DNA of 64,000 bases, from assembly GCA_050250895.1 (NCBI GenBank), contig JBFWNU010000003.1, positions 427,302 through 491,301 on the forward strand, in the 5' to 3' direction. Positions 27,089 through 36,246 of the stretch are shown one piece after another. Position numbers and translations under genes: made by a program. The notes below the pieces were generated by a model, which saw only the letters and a program-made list of their open reading frames with translations, was not told the origin of the DNA and made no database searches. The stretch is from Vulcanimicrobiota bacterium (GTDB lineage Bacteria; Vulcanimicrobiota; Xenobia; Xenobiales; JADMJV01). Position 1 is the first letter of the stretch. Each line of letters starts with the position of its first letter.

Positions 27089-28381
27089 TCAATCTTTGGT
27101 GCGAAAATAGGAGAGAAATTCCCCCCACCTGGAGGGGGAGGCTTCCGTCTCCACCGGCACCCGGTAGCCCCCTCGATAGTCCTCGATGGCCGTATGATAG
27201 ACGTCTTCCATCAGTAAGGCTTGGTGGCGCAGATCAAAATCTTTGGCTCGGACGCGACCGGCGTGGCCCATCTGATGCCTCTTTTCGGGATCCTGGAGCA
27301 GTCCTCTGAGTGCACGGCTCAAAGCCGCCGCCTCACAGGCTACCATCAGCCCCTCGCGGCCGTCGGTGAGCACGTCCCGGGTCCCGTTGGCGTCGACAGC
27401 CGCAATCGGCAGTCCGGAAGCCATGGCTTCGAGGGTCACCAAACCTTGAGTCTCGGTTACGGAGGCGAAACAAAAGAGATCGGCCGCCGCGTAGTAATCG
27501 GCCATTCGACTGTTGTCGACCATCCCGATGAAACTCACCTTCTCCGCGATGTTGCGCTCGCGACACACCTGCTCTAGGTTGGGACGCTCCTCGCCACCGC
27601 CAACGACCAATAACCGCACATCCTCCGCATCTCGGACCGCTGTTTGAAAAGCTTCCAATACGATATCCCAGTTTTTCTCTCGAGCTAGACGTCCGACGGA
27701 CAGCACCAGGGTTTCCCGCGGGTCCAAGCCCAACTTGATTCTGGCTTCCAGGCGTGTAAGTCTGCCAAACCGGGTCGCGTCGATGCCGGTCGCGACGACC
27801 GATACCCGCTTGCCGATCCCGTAGCTCTCCTCCAAGACAAGCCGAATACTGTCGCTGGGCACGACGATATGATGGCACTTGCGCATGAAGTGGAGCAACC
27901 AGTGTTCCAGGAATTCTTTGACGAGATTGGGTGGCAGGTGTCTGACGTAGTGGGAATACTCACGATAGAGGGTGTGATAGGTGAAGACCAAGGGCACGTC
28001 CAGGGAACGAGACTTGTTCGCGGCCACATTCCCCAACAAGGCGGGGTGATTGGTGTGGATCACGTCGAGCTTGAGGCACGGCAAGAGGGCGTCGACGAAC
28101 GGTGATACAGGCAATGTCAGGGGATAACTTTGCAAAGGTAACTCCCACGAGGGGTAACGGAAAACGAAGGGCAATAGATCGTGATACTCTTCACGAGCAT
28201 GGGGCGCGAAGGTGAATACGATGTGGCCGGCTTGGGTTAGTCCTTGATGAAAAGCGCGAACCGACGTCACCACGCCGTTCGTCGAAGGCAGAAACACGTT
28301 CGTGAACATGGCGATGTGAAGTCGGCTGATCGCGGCAGCATCCTGACTCTTGCGTGAGAAACTCCCCGTTGGTGTGTCCAT
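27089..28381 (-). CDS. Glycosyltransferase family 4 (glycolipid synthase-like)
   Basis: NGVVTS, FTYHT, VGRLAREKN, SVTETQGLVTLEAMASGLP. Confidence 0.9.
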   Translation of the reverse strand: MDTPTGSFSRKSQDAAAISRLHIAMFTNVFLPSTNGVVTSVRAFHQGLTQAGHIVFTFAPHAREEYHDLLPFVFRYPSWELPLQSYPLTLPVSPFVDALLPCLKLDVIHTNHPALLGNVAANKSRSLDVPLVFTYHTLYREYSHYVRHLPPNLVKEFLEHWLLHFMRKCHHIVVPSDSIRLVLEESYGIGKRVSVVATGIDATRFGRLTRLEARIKLGLDPRETLVLSVGRLAREKNWDIVLEAFQTAVRDAEDVRLLVVGGGEERPNLEQVCRERNIAEKVSFIGMVDNSRMADYYAAADLFCFASVTETQGLVTLEAMASGLPIAAVDANGTRDVLTDGREGLMVACEAAALSRALRGLLQDPEKRHQMGHAGRVRAKDFDLRHQALLMEDVYHTAIEDYRGGYRVPVETEASPSRWGEFLSYFRTKD

Positions 28382-28425
28382 GAGCTGACTGAAGCAGACT
28401 ATAAGGCCTCGCACGTAGAGGTTCA

Positions 28426-28439
28426 TTGATTCAGGTCAA
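28426..28439 (-). promoter_or_regulatory. FNR/DNR box
   Basis: TTGATTCAGGTCAA; minus-strand -10 TATAGT at 28403-28398 places the box at -41.5. Confidence 0.8.
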
Positions 28440-28828
28440 AGAGCGTTGCGACCGCAGGAACGGGCGAGTAAGCCCCACCTGCAGGTCCGCGTCGGCCCTG
28501 GCCAATCGGGGGCCTTCCACTCGTACATTCCGGGCATCGCTTGGGCCCCGCCACCGTGTTCGCAAGCCTCTCCTTCACCCGCTCCCCAGCCATTTGACGG
28601 CCCATGTCCCTCGTGATGGCGCGCCCTGGGCACCGCGACCTGTTTTTCGGTAGTGAAGACCTTGGCAGGTTTTGTGCGGGGAAGGCCGAATCCCATGGTA
28701 GCTTCCCGTTGCCCCCCGCGATGGGTTTTAGTCGATCGGGGAGCTTCTCCAACTCACGAAGGCACCTTGCGGTCAAGAGGATCAGATTCACATGAAATCG
28801 GGGTTGTACCGGAGATAGAAGGAGCTTC

Positions 28829-29851
28829 ATGGGTGGACACAGCAAGACCCGTTTGAGGCTTCTTGGCAGGCTAACGACGCTGCTCGTTCTGCTTGGTGTT
28901 ATCAATGTCGCCTGCAACCCTCAGGAGTTGCCGACACCCGCTCCCGTCGGGAGGCACCTGCCCTCTTTCGCTTCCATTGCCCACAAACCGCTCAAAGAGT
29001 TGAGTGGAATGGTAGCCAGCCGCACCTATCCCGACGTGGTCTGGGTCAACAACGACAGCGGCCACGAACCGGCCCTTTTCGCCATCGACACAAACGGTCG
29101 GGTTCTTTTACCCGAACCCTGGGCCCAGCGAGGCTACATCATCGGCCCCAAGAAGTCCAAGCGCAGAACTCTCTTTGAAGGCATTCCCCTCGAAGAGGCT
29201 GTCAACCGGGACTGGGAGGCTCTGGCAAGCGACGGCGACCGGCTCTACGTGTGCGATCTCGGCAACAACGACAACGAGCGGCGGGATCTAACGGTTTACG
29301 TGGTGGCTGAACCAAACCCCCGCACCGCCACCTCAGCCAGGGTTTTGAAGAAGCTGCTGGTGGCTTACCCCGACCAGGAGGCTTTCCCCCCCGCCCTACG
29401 GGAATACGACTGTGAGGCCACTTTCGTGTACGGGCACAAACTCTACTTTCTGACCAAGCATCGCCCCACATCCAAAAAGGGGGGACCCGTTACCAGCACC
29501 AAGCTCTACCGCCTGGATACCGAAGACGCTTCTCGGGTCAACCAGCTCACGCTGGTGGAACGACATGCTGATCTGGGCGGATGGGTCACCGATGCCGACC
29601 TTTCAACCGATGGCCGCACCCTGGCCGTGCTTTGTGAAGCGCCCATCCAGTCGGTGTGGCTTTTTGACGCTCCCCCTAGTGGGGACCGTTTCTTATCGTC
29701 CCACGCCCGTCGCCTGGTATTTTCTGGCGCCGGCCAGTGCGAGGCGATCGCCTTTCTGGACGACCACCGAATCTTGATGGGGAATGAGGATAACCAGTTG
29801 TTCATGCTCGAAACCGAGGACTTCCAGACCCAGCTGCGGTCGACGCCCTGA
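28829..29851 (+). CDS. Exported beta-propeller-like lipoprotein, copy 2
   Basis: Collinear and highly similar to 14717..15694; lipobox-like NVA|C; AAGGAG RBS. Confidence 0.78.
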   Translation: MGGHSKTRLRLLGRLTTLLVLLGVINVACNPQELPTPAPVGRHLPSFASIAHKPLKELSGMVASRTYPDVVWVNNDSGHEPALFAIDTNGRVLLPEPWAQRGYIIGPKKSKRRTLFEGIPLEEAVNRDWEALASDGDRLYVCDLGNNDNERRDLTVYVVAEPNPRTATSARVLKKLLVAYPDQEAFPPALREYDCEATFVYGHKLYFLTKHRPTSKKGGPVTSTKLYRLDTEDASRVNQLTLVERHADLGGWVTDADLSTDGRTLAVLCEAPIQSVWLFDAPPSGDRFLSSHARRLVFSGAGQCEAIAFLDDHRILMGNEDNQLFMLETEDFQTQLRSTP

Positions 29852-29929
29852 CCTGGTCTCCTTGTTTGCAGTCGGACAACATTGTTGAGGCCTCGCGGCT
29901 ATTGAGGGTGCCGCCAGATTAGGCGAAGA

Positions 29930-30349
29930 CTACCGCTCCGTGGTCGCCTCGGCGGCTGGAAACAATAACGCGACGGCTTGCTCTAGCCGCGTTTTGAAAG
30001 CGTACTCCAGTTCGCTGTCGCATTCAGGGTCATGGCGGCGTACGGTTTCGCAGACCGTCTCGAGCCAAAGGGTATAATTCTGCTTCGAGCCGCGTGTGTG
30101 CCGCTGACGGTGTTCGCGACGGACCGCCTCGACCTCGGGGGCATCGGGCTCGAGCAATGGGAGCAAGATGAGCCGGGGCAGACTGGTGGCCAGTTTGCGT
30201 TTTTGTTCGTCCATATCGACCATTTCAAACCGGGTCCGGAAGTGGGGTGATTTGACAAACAGAAGGCGATAGAAGGTGTCTAGATAGTCTCCTGAGCGGG
30301 CACAACGCTCCAGGCTCGCCAGCAGCCTATGGGTGGAATCGGCCTTCAT
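29930..30349 (-). CDS. Single-domain globin
   Basis: SLERC...TFYRLLF...RF...DMDEQKRKL...Y.LW...HDP globin pattern. Confidence 0.75.
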   Translation of the reverse strand: MKADSTHRLLASLERCARSGDYLDTFYRLLFVKSPHFRTRFEMVDMDEQKRKLATSLPRLILLPLLEPDAPEVEAVRREHRQRHTRGSKQNYTLWLETVCETVRRHDPECDSELEYAFKTRLEQAVALLFPAAEATTER

Positions 30350-30462
30350 TGCTCACGTCCAATCTGCTCTCGACGAGAGCAAAAGAAGATGGTTTTGTCT
30401 TCTATAGAAATACAGTATCCTGAGCTCGAAATCAAGTGCCTCACTGGCTTATGCATCTTGAC

Positions 30463-30476
30463 CTGACCAGGATCAT
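30463..30476 (+). promoter_or_regulatory. Degenerate FNR/DNR box
   Basis: CTGACCAGGATCAT; -10 TAGGAT at 30499-30504 at the canonical spacing. Confidence 0.5.
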
Positions 30477-30502
30477 TCTGGCCGCTGGGGCGCAGTAGTA
30501 GG

Positions 30503-32392
30503 ATGGACCCTATGTCCAAAGATATCGATGTGAATGCGCTTTTCCTCGGACCCAAGTCTGAGAATCGCAAGTTTTTCAAAGAGATGCTCGAGTTCGTGAT
30601 GGACGAGCATATCCATTGGCGGCGGGACTTTCATCCGTCGGACCGGCCGGTGGTCTCGCCTCAGGAGCAGCGGAGCGCCCCCTATCAGGACACTCTGGTG
30701 CGCACCGAAGAGGTCTTGCTCGAGTTGTCCTCGCGACTCAAGGCGAGTTCGATCCCAGCCTTCAGTCCTCGCTACCTGGGGCACATGGTCTCGGACACTT
30801 TGATGGCCGCCAACCTGGGCTACCTGGCCACGATTTTATATAACCCCAACAACTGTTCCTTTGATGCCTCGTCGGCTTCGACGATGCTCGAACTGGAGGT
30901 GGGACAGGACCTTTGCCGCTTGTTCGGCTTTGAGCCGACTGAGGGTTGGGGACATATTACGGCGGGCGGCACCATCGCCAACTACGAGGCGCTGTGGGTG
31001 GCCCGCAATCTAAAGTCGCTGGTGAGAGCGATAGAGATGACCCGGCCCGACCTGCTTCAAGGTTACGACGCCTCTCGGCGAGCGAATCTGCCCGTCGGCG
31101 AAGCTCTCACGCTGCTGGCCAGAGTCAAGGCCGAGGGCCTGCTCGACACGGTCCGCCGCCAGACCGTGCAGTACCGAGGAACAGGACCCGGACTGGGCAA
31201 GTTGATCGTGCCCGAATCCAAGCACTATTCCTGGACCAAAGCGGCTGACATCCTGGGCCTGGGCCAGGACTCTCTGGTCGACATACCGGTGGGAGACGAC
31301 TTTCGCATGGACATCCAGGCTTTGCGGACCATCGTCGAGAGGATGGTCCAAGACGGCACACCGATTCTGGCGGTCGTGGCAGTGGTCGGCACCACCGAGG
31401 TCGGCGCCGTGGACCCTGTGCACGAGATCGTGGCTCTTCGTCAGCAACTAGAGCAGGAACGCGGAGTCGGATTCTATCTGCATCTTGATGCGGCCTACGG
31501 AGGATACGCCCGGGCCGTCTTTCTGGACGAGGATGGGCGTTTCTTGGAGTCAGCCAGTTTTCAGGATGAATGGCCGAGTTCTGATGTCTACCTAGCCTTT
31601 CGAGCCATGGAGCGGGCCGATTCGGTCACGGTCGACCCCCACAAACTCGGTTACGTGCCATATTCCGCAGGGGCCATCGTTATGCGCGACCGGAGGGTCT
31701 TGGACCTGATCTCCCACTTTGCCGCCTATGTCTTTGAGCAAGACGAGATGGGTCCCCAGATGCTGGGCAGCTTCGTCATGGAGGGTTCTAAACCGGGGGC
31801 CAGCGCGGCGGCGGTGTGGATGGCCCACCGCCTGTTACCTTTAAACGCTGAGGGTTATGGACGTCTGATCGGTCACAGTATCGCGGGGGCACAACGTCTC
31901 CATCAGGCCATGAGCCAACATTCTCAGGTCCAGGTGGGGTCGACCACCTATCGACTGGAGCCCCTGACATCGCCAGACCTCAACATAGTAGATTTCGCTT
32001 GCAACACCCTTGGAAACACTGACCTGACCGAGGCCAACCACCTCAACCGCTACCTCTACGAACAATGCTCCTATCGGTCTGGACCGGTTTATCTCGAAGA
32101 TTTCATTCTTTCCAAGACGGTGCTGAGCACGACATACACCAGCGCCCCCCTGAATCTGGTCAGCCGACTCGGCCTCGATACGCGGCAATGGCGGCGAGAC
32201 GGCGGAGTGTTTGTGCTCAGGTCTTGTTTGATGACACCGTTTCTGACCTCGAGCCAAAGCTTCGAAGAATACCAGGCCAAGCTTTTCGCGGCCCTGGCGG
32301 CCCAGCTGGCAAAATATCGGGGGTCGGCGGGTGCTCAGGCATCTTGTAGCTCGGAGACGGACAGTCGGTTGCGTTTGGATCGGACATCGTAA
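30503..32392 (+). CDS. Group II PLP-dependent decarboxylase (tyrosine decarboxylase-like)
   Basis: NALFLGPKSEN, GGTIANYEALW, KHYSW, HLDAAYGGY, VDPHK (PLP lysine); start probably 30512. Confidence 0.88.
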   Translation: MDPMSKDIDVNALFLGPKSENRKFFKEMLEFVMDEHIHWRRDFHPSDRPVVSPQEQRSAPYQDTLVRTEEVLLELSSRLKASSIPAFSPRYLGHMVSDTLMAANLGYLATILYNPNNCSFDASSASTMLELEVGQDLCRLFGFEPTEGWGHITAGGTIANYEALWVARNLKSLVRAIEMTRPDLLQGYDASRRANLPVGEALTLLARVKAEGLLDTVRRQTVQYRGTGPGLGKLIVPESKHYSWTKAADILGLGQDSLVDIPVGDDFRMDIQALRTIVERMVQDGTPILAVVAVVGTTEVGAVDPVHEIVALRQQLEQERGVGFYLHLDAAYGGYARAVFLDEDGRFLESASFQDEWPSSDVYLAFRAMERADSVTVDPHKLGYVPYSAGAIVMRDRRVLDLISHFAAYVFEQDEMGPQMLGSFVMEGSKPGASAAAVWMAHRLLPLNAEGYGRLIGHSIAGAQRLHQAMSQHSQVQVGSTTYRLEPLTSPDLNIVDFACNTLGNTDLTEANHLNRYLYEQCSYRSGPVYLEDFILSKTVLSTTYTSAPLNLVSRLGLDTRQWRRDGGVFVLRSCLMTPFLTSSQSFEEYQAKLFAALAAQLAKYRGSAGAQASCSSETDSRLRLDRTS

Positions 32393-32601
32393 CGAGGAGC
32401 CGGAGGAGCGCCGGGAACATGCTCGATGACGAAGTCAGCGACGAAGGAGACTCCGACTTGTGCATCGCGTGGAGCGGTCTCTTTTCCGATGCAAAATTCC
32501 GAGTGCGAGCTAAGAAATCGGCACGACCAGAGCCCCTGGCGCTTGAACTCGCCCACTATCTCGACACGTCGCCGAAAACAATCCACGATGGGTTGTGGCA
32601 T
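32335..32601 (-). CDS. Hypothetical protein
   Basis: ATG with GAGGAG RBS downstream of the ClC gene; 3' end overlaps the decarboxylase. Confidence 0.35.
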   Translation of the reverse strand: MPQPIVDCFRRRVEIVGEFKRQGLWSCRFLSSHSEFCIGKETAPRDAQVGVSFVADFVIEHVPGAPPAPRYDVRSKRNRLSVSELQDA

Positions 32602-32661
32602 TACAGTCTCCTCATTTCTTTTCGACACGCGGATTTCCTCGTGGGGCCGCTGACTTCAAGC

Positions 32662-34443
32662 TCAGGTCGTGACCCTTTCGAGCCAACCAGCATCTCGCTT
32701 CAAATCGTCGTGCAGTTTGGTTCGATAAGCCGTCACCAGGTTTCGCCTTTCGAGCAGTCCCAAAAGCCTGTCCGGGGCTGAAGCCGTAACCACGGGAAAG
32801 CAGCCCACATCCCTTTCCAGAATTCGGCGCATCACGTCGCGTATCGATTCGTGAGGAAAGGCGACAAAAAGTTGGCGGCTGCCTATTTCGGCTACCGGGA
32901 GGTCCAGGTTCGATGGGTTGGCCAGGGCTCTCAAGACATCGCCCCGACTCAGGACGGCTACTAGCTTTCGATGTTCGTCAACGACCGGGGCCAGCGATTG
33001 TCTTTCCCATAATGGGTGCCCAAGGGTTTGGCGCAATGGCGTCTCGGCCAGAAGAACCTCCACTTCTTCGTCCATCATCTCCTCCACCTTCGCATGTCGC
33101 CAAACATCTGGCTCATAGTCGTGCGAGATACGCAGGCCGCGCCGAGCCAGTTTCTCGGTCATGATCGAATTGCGCAAGTAAACCAGAGCCACCCCATCGG
33201 CAATCACGCTGGTCAGCATCAGGGGCAACACGGCATTGTAGTTTCGAGTGATCTCGAAGGCGAAGACGAAGAACGCGAACGTCGACCTGGATGCCGCGCC
33301 GAATACAGCCGCCATGGCGGCCAGTGCGTATGCCCCGGGGGAAAGATGCAGCCAGGGGAACAGGTGGTTCATGCCCGTGGCGTAGAGCGAACCCATGGCC
33401 GCGCTGCCCATAAAGGTCGGCGCTAGCAGACCCCCCGATGTCCCCGAGCCTAGAGTGATCAGCATGGCGGCCAATTTGCCCACCATGATGGCGAGCAGCA
33501 AGCCCACCGTAAGGTTGTCGTTGAGGATGTCCGTGATGGTCTGATAGCCCACCCCCAACACTCGAGGCACGAACCAACCGATGACACCCAGAATCAATCC
33601 GCCCAGGGCGGGCCACCACATCGGGTCAAAGGGCAACCTTTCGAACCCATCCTCAATCCAGTAAAGGGAGCGGGTAATGAACACGGCCAGGAGCCCCGAC
33701 AGTATTCCGAGACCGAGGTAGAACGGCAATTGTTCGGGTAACCCAAACGATGTCTCGCCGACTTCGAACAAAGGACCCCGGCCAAAAAGTAGCAGATGAA
33801 CATTGGTGGCCAGGGTGCTGGCCACCACCAGCGGGATGAAAGAACGAGATTTGAACTCGAAGAGCAACAGCTCGATAGCCACGATAACGGCTGCGATTGG
33901 TGTGCTAAATGTGGCCGCCATTCCAGCCGCGGCCCCGCAGGCTAACAGGACTTTGCGTTCGCTGGCGGTGGTGGTCAGGACCTGACCAACCAATGAGCCC
34001 ACGGCGCCACCGGTTTGAATGATGGGGCCTTCGGCACCGAACGGACCCCCACTTCCGATGGCTAATGCCGCAGACAAGGGTTTCCAAACAGCTACCTTGG
34101 GAGCGATCCGACTCTTACCCACGCTGACCGCCTCCATGGCCTCAGGAATGCCATGTCCGCGGATTTGAGGCACAAAGCGTGCGATGTAACCCACAACCAG
34201 GCCGCCTGCCGCAGGCACCAGTGGTAACCAGAGGCCCAGGGGATTGGTCTCGAACGAAGGCAAGACGCCCGAAACTTTGTGATAGAAAAAGAGGTTCGTC
34301 AGCACCGCGATCAGCTTCAAGAGCAGAAAAGCGACCGAGCCCGCTACGATGCCGATAACGGCCGCGAGCGCCGAAATCAGCAACAGCCGAAAGTCCGGGT
34401 CGGGCCCTGAGGCCCACGGCGCACGATTTCTAAAGTCAAGCAT
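32662..34443 (-). CDS. ClC chloride channel/H+ antiporter with CBS domains
   Basis: GHGIPE, GPFGAEGP, GGLLAP signatures; C-terminal CBS pair. Confidence 0.93.
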   Translation of the reverse strand: MLDFRNRAPWASGPDPDFRLLLISALAAVIGIVAGSVAFLLLKLIAVLTNLFFYHKVSGVLPSFETNPLGLWLPLVPAAGGLVVGYIARFVPQIRGHGIPEAMEAVSVGKSRIAPKVAVWKPLSAALAIGSGGPFGAEGPIIQTGGAVGSLVGQVLTTTASERKVLLACGAAAGMAATFSTPIAAVIVAIELLLFEFKSRSFIPLVVASTLATNVHLLLFGRGPLFEVGETSFGLPEQLPFYLGLGILSGLLAVFITRSLYWIEDGFERLPFDPMWWPALGGLILGVIGWFVPRVLGVGYQTITDILNDNLTVGLLLAIMVGKLAAMLITLGSGTSGGLLAPTFMGSAAMGSLYATGMNHLFPWLHLSPGAYALAAMAAVFGAASRSTFAFFVFAFEITRNYNAVLPLMLTSVIADGVALVYLRNSIMTEKLARRGLRISHDYEPDVWRHAKVEEMMDEEVEVLLAETPLRQTLGHPLWERQSLAPVVDEHRKLVAVLSRGDVLRALANPSNLDLPVAEIGSRQLFVAFPHESIRDVMRRILERDVGCFPVVTASAPDRLLGLLERRNLVTAYRTKLHDDLKRDAGWLERVTT

Positions 34444-34471
34444 CGTCCCTCCAGGAGAAGATGCTCTACTT

Positions 34472-34490
34472 TATATCGTAGTACGACACA
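34472..34490. promoter_or_regulatory. Candidate operator upstream of ClC
   Basis: TATATCGTA-G-TACGACACA near-palindrome. Confidence 0.45.
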
Positions 34491-34515
34491 ATATTCAAGG
34501 CCCCCCTGTAGCTCG

Positions 34516-34887
34516 TCACCTCTTTCCACCGATGAGCAAGAGCAGCAAGGATTCTTGCAAAGCCTCGACTTCGTGTTCCAGTTGGCTAGAGAAGACCCCG
34601 CTTTCCAGTGGCCCTAGTTCGCGGCGTTCAAGAACCGAGGCGAAATTGATGCACCCCTCCAGCACCACGACGGTGGCCGTGGCCGGGGCGTGGTGCTCCT
34701 TTAAGCACGCACCTTCGTTCAAGGCCATCAACACCATGCTGAGAGCGGTGCTTTTCACCAAACTGCGCGAACTCTTGCCGGTTCTTGCATAGGCCGTGTC
34801 GGCGCGCAGCTCGCACGCAATCTGGAGAAAGGAGTAGGCGGCAAAGAAGGTGTCGTCGGGATTGATGGGGCGATTCTGGTCGGTCAA
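34516..34887 (-). CDS. Cupin-domain protein
   Basis: LKEHHAP, VVVLEG, EHEVEALQES; AAGGAG RBS. Confidence 0.8.
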   Translation of the reverse strand: MTDQNRPINPDDTFFAAYSFLQIACELRADTAYARTGKSSRSLVKSTALSMVLMALNEGACLKEHHAPATATVVVLEGCINFASVLERRELGPLESGVFSSQLEHEVEALQESLLLLLIGGKR

Positions 34888-35036
34888 TGTGGAACTCCTT
34901 CATCTTGGGATCGATGCAACAAGGGCATCGGTCCCAATCTTCCGAATGATTGGGGATAGGTGTGTCTTTTATCTAGATTAATACTGGAAGTCGGGCCGAA
35001 GGTCAAGCCCGTAACCTACGCTCACGGAGGAGTCTC

Positions 35037-36185
35037 ATGCGGCCAGAACCCGATTGGCATCCCTTCTCTCCTGAAGTGATGAGAAACCCGCTCGATGCTT
35101 ATGATGACCTGCGCTTAAGGTGCCCGGTGGCTTATAGCCCAGAGCTCGGCTGGTCGTTTTTGCGCCACCAAGATGTTCGAAACGCTGCGCTAAGCCCCCA
35201 CGTTTTTAGCAGTGTCGTCTCCTCATATCCAGCCATTCCGAGTGGCATGGATCCGCCACGGCACGGTCGCTATCGAAGATTGGTCGAGGGCTATTTTACC
35301 CCCCACGCGATCGCGTCATTCGAGGCCGACTGCCGCCGATTAGCCAGCCAACTCGTGCAACAGTTGCCCAGGCGGGTGACGGTGGACATCATGGCCGCGC
35401 TGGCACATCCCTTCACTCTACAGGCTCAATGTGCTTTTGTGGGCTGGCCACTTGAAGTAGCGAGAATCCTAGGTGGCTGGCTGGCCAGAAGCCAGCAGGC
35501 AACCTTGGCCGGGGACCGGGAGGCCACGACGTGTCTGGCCCGAGAGTTCGAGTCTCTGGTGGACGCGCAGCTAGAAGAACGACGCGCGGCCGGCTCACGA
35601 GCCCCGGACGACCCCACTACACGCTTGCTCCGAGAGGCCATCGACGGCCGCCCCCTGTCGCTTGAGGAACTCACCAGCATTCTTCGCAACTGGACGGCCG
35701 GAGAGTTGGCGACGCTCGCCGCGGCCATCGGTATCCTGGTAGAGTTTCTTGCTCGAAGGAACGATTTGTGCAACCAGTTGCGCCGAGCCCCAGAACAACT
35801 GCCACTCTTCATCGAGGAGGTTTTGAGGCTGCATGGACCCCTCGTCTGCAATCGGAGAAAGCTTCTCCAAGACGCTGTCATCAGGGGGCGCAGGTTGCGA
35901 GCCGGCGAGCGCGTTACCCTGATGTGGAGCGCAGCCAATCGGGACGAGACAGCCTTCGAGGCGTCCCGGGAATTTCGATTGGCTCGCGAACAAAGCGCTA
36001 ACTTGCTGTGGGGGGCCGGCATTCACATCTGTCCCGGCGCGGCGCTGGCTAAAATGGAGCTGAGCGTCGTTCTGGAATGCTTGTTGTCCAACCTTTCTGA
36101 TTGGCGGTTGTGCGGCAGCGCGCCTCCGTCTCCGGCAACTTATCCGGCCGCAGGATTCGCCAGTCTGCCGCTCTACATCGAGTGA
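35037..36185 (+). CDS. Cytochrome P450
   Basis: MDPPRH, EEVLR (ExxR), ANRD, WGAGIHICPG heme cysteine; GGAGGAG RBS. Confidence 0.93.
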   Translation: MRPEPDWHPFSPEVMRNPLDAYDDLRLRCPVAYSPELGWSFLRHQDVRNAALSPHVFSSVVSSYPAIPSGMDPPRHGRYRRLVEGYFTPHAIASFEADCRRLASQLVQQLPRRVTVDIMAALAHPFTLQAQCAFVGWPLEVARILGGWLARSQQATLAGDREATTCLAREFESLVDAQLEERRAAGSRAPDDPTTRLLREAIDGRPLSLEELTSILRNWTAGELATLAAAIGILVEFLARRNDLCNQLRRAPEQLPLFIEEVLRLHGPLVCNRRKLLQDAVIRGRRLRAGERVTLMWSAANRDETAFEASREFRLAREQSANLLWGAGIHICPGAALAKMELSVVLECLLSNLSDWRLCGSAPPSPATYPAAGFASLPLYIE

Positions 36186-36198
36186 AGGAGGCAAGCGG

Positions 36199-36212
36199 TT
36201 GACACAGATCAA
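36199..36212 (+). promoter_or_regulatory. FNR/DNR box
   Basis: TTGACACAGATCAA; predicted +1 coincides with ATG 36247. Confidence 0.8.
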
Positions 36213-36246
36213 TGGCTCGGGTAGGCCTAAGAGCGACGATGCTCCT

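Noticed and set aside
28440-28828. ORFs or ncRNA in long intergenic gaps (also 50454-50868)
   Set aside because: No protein motif, RBS or convincing RNA structure found.
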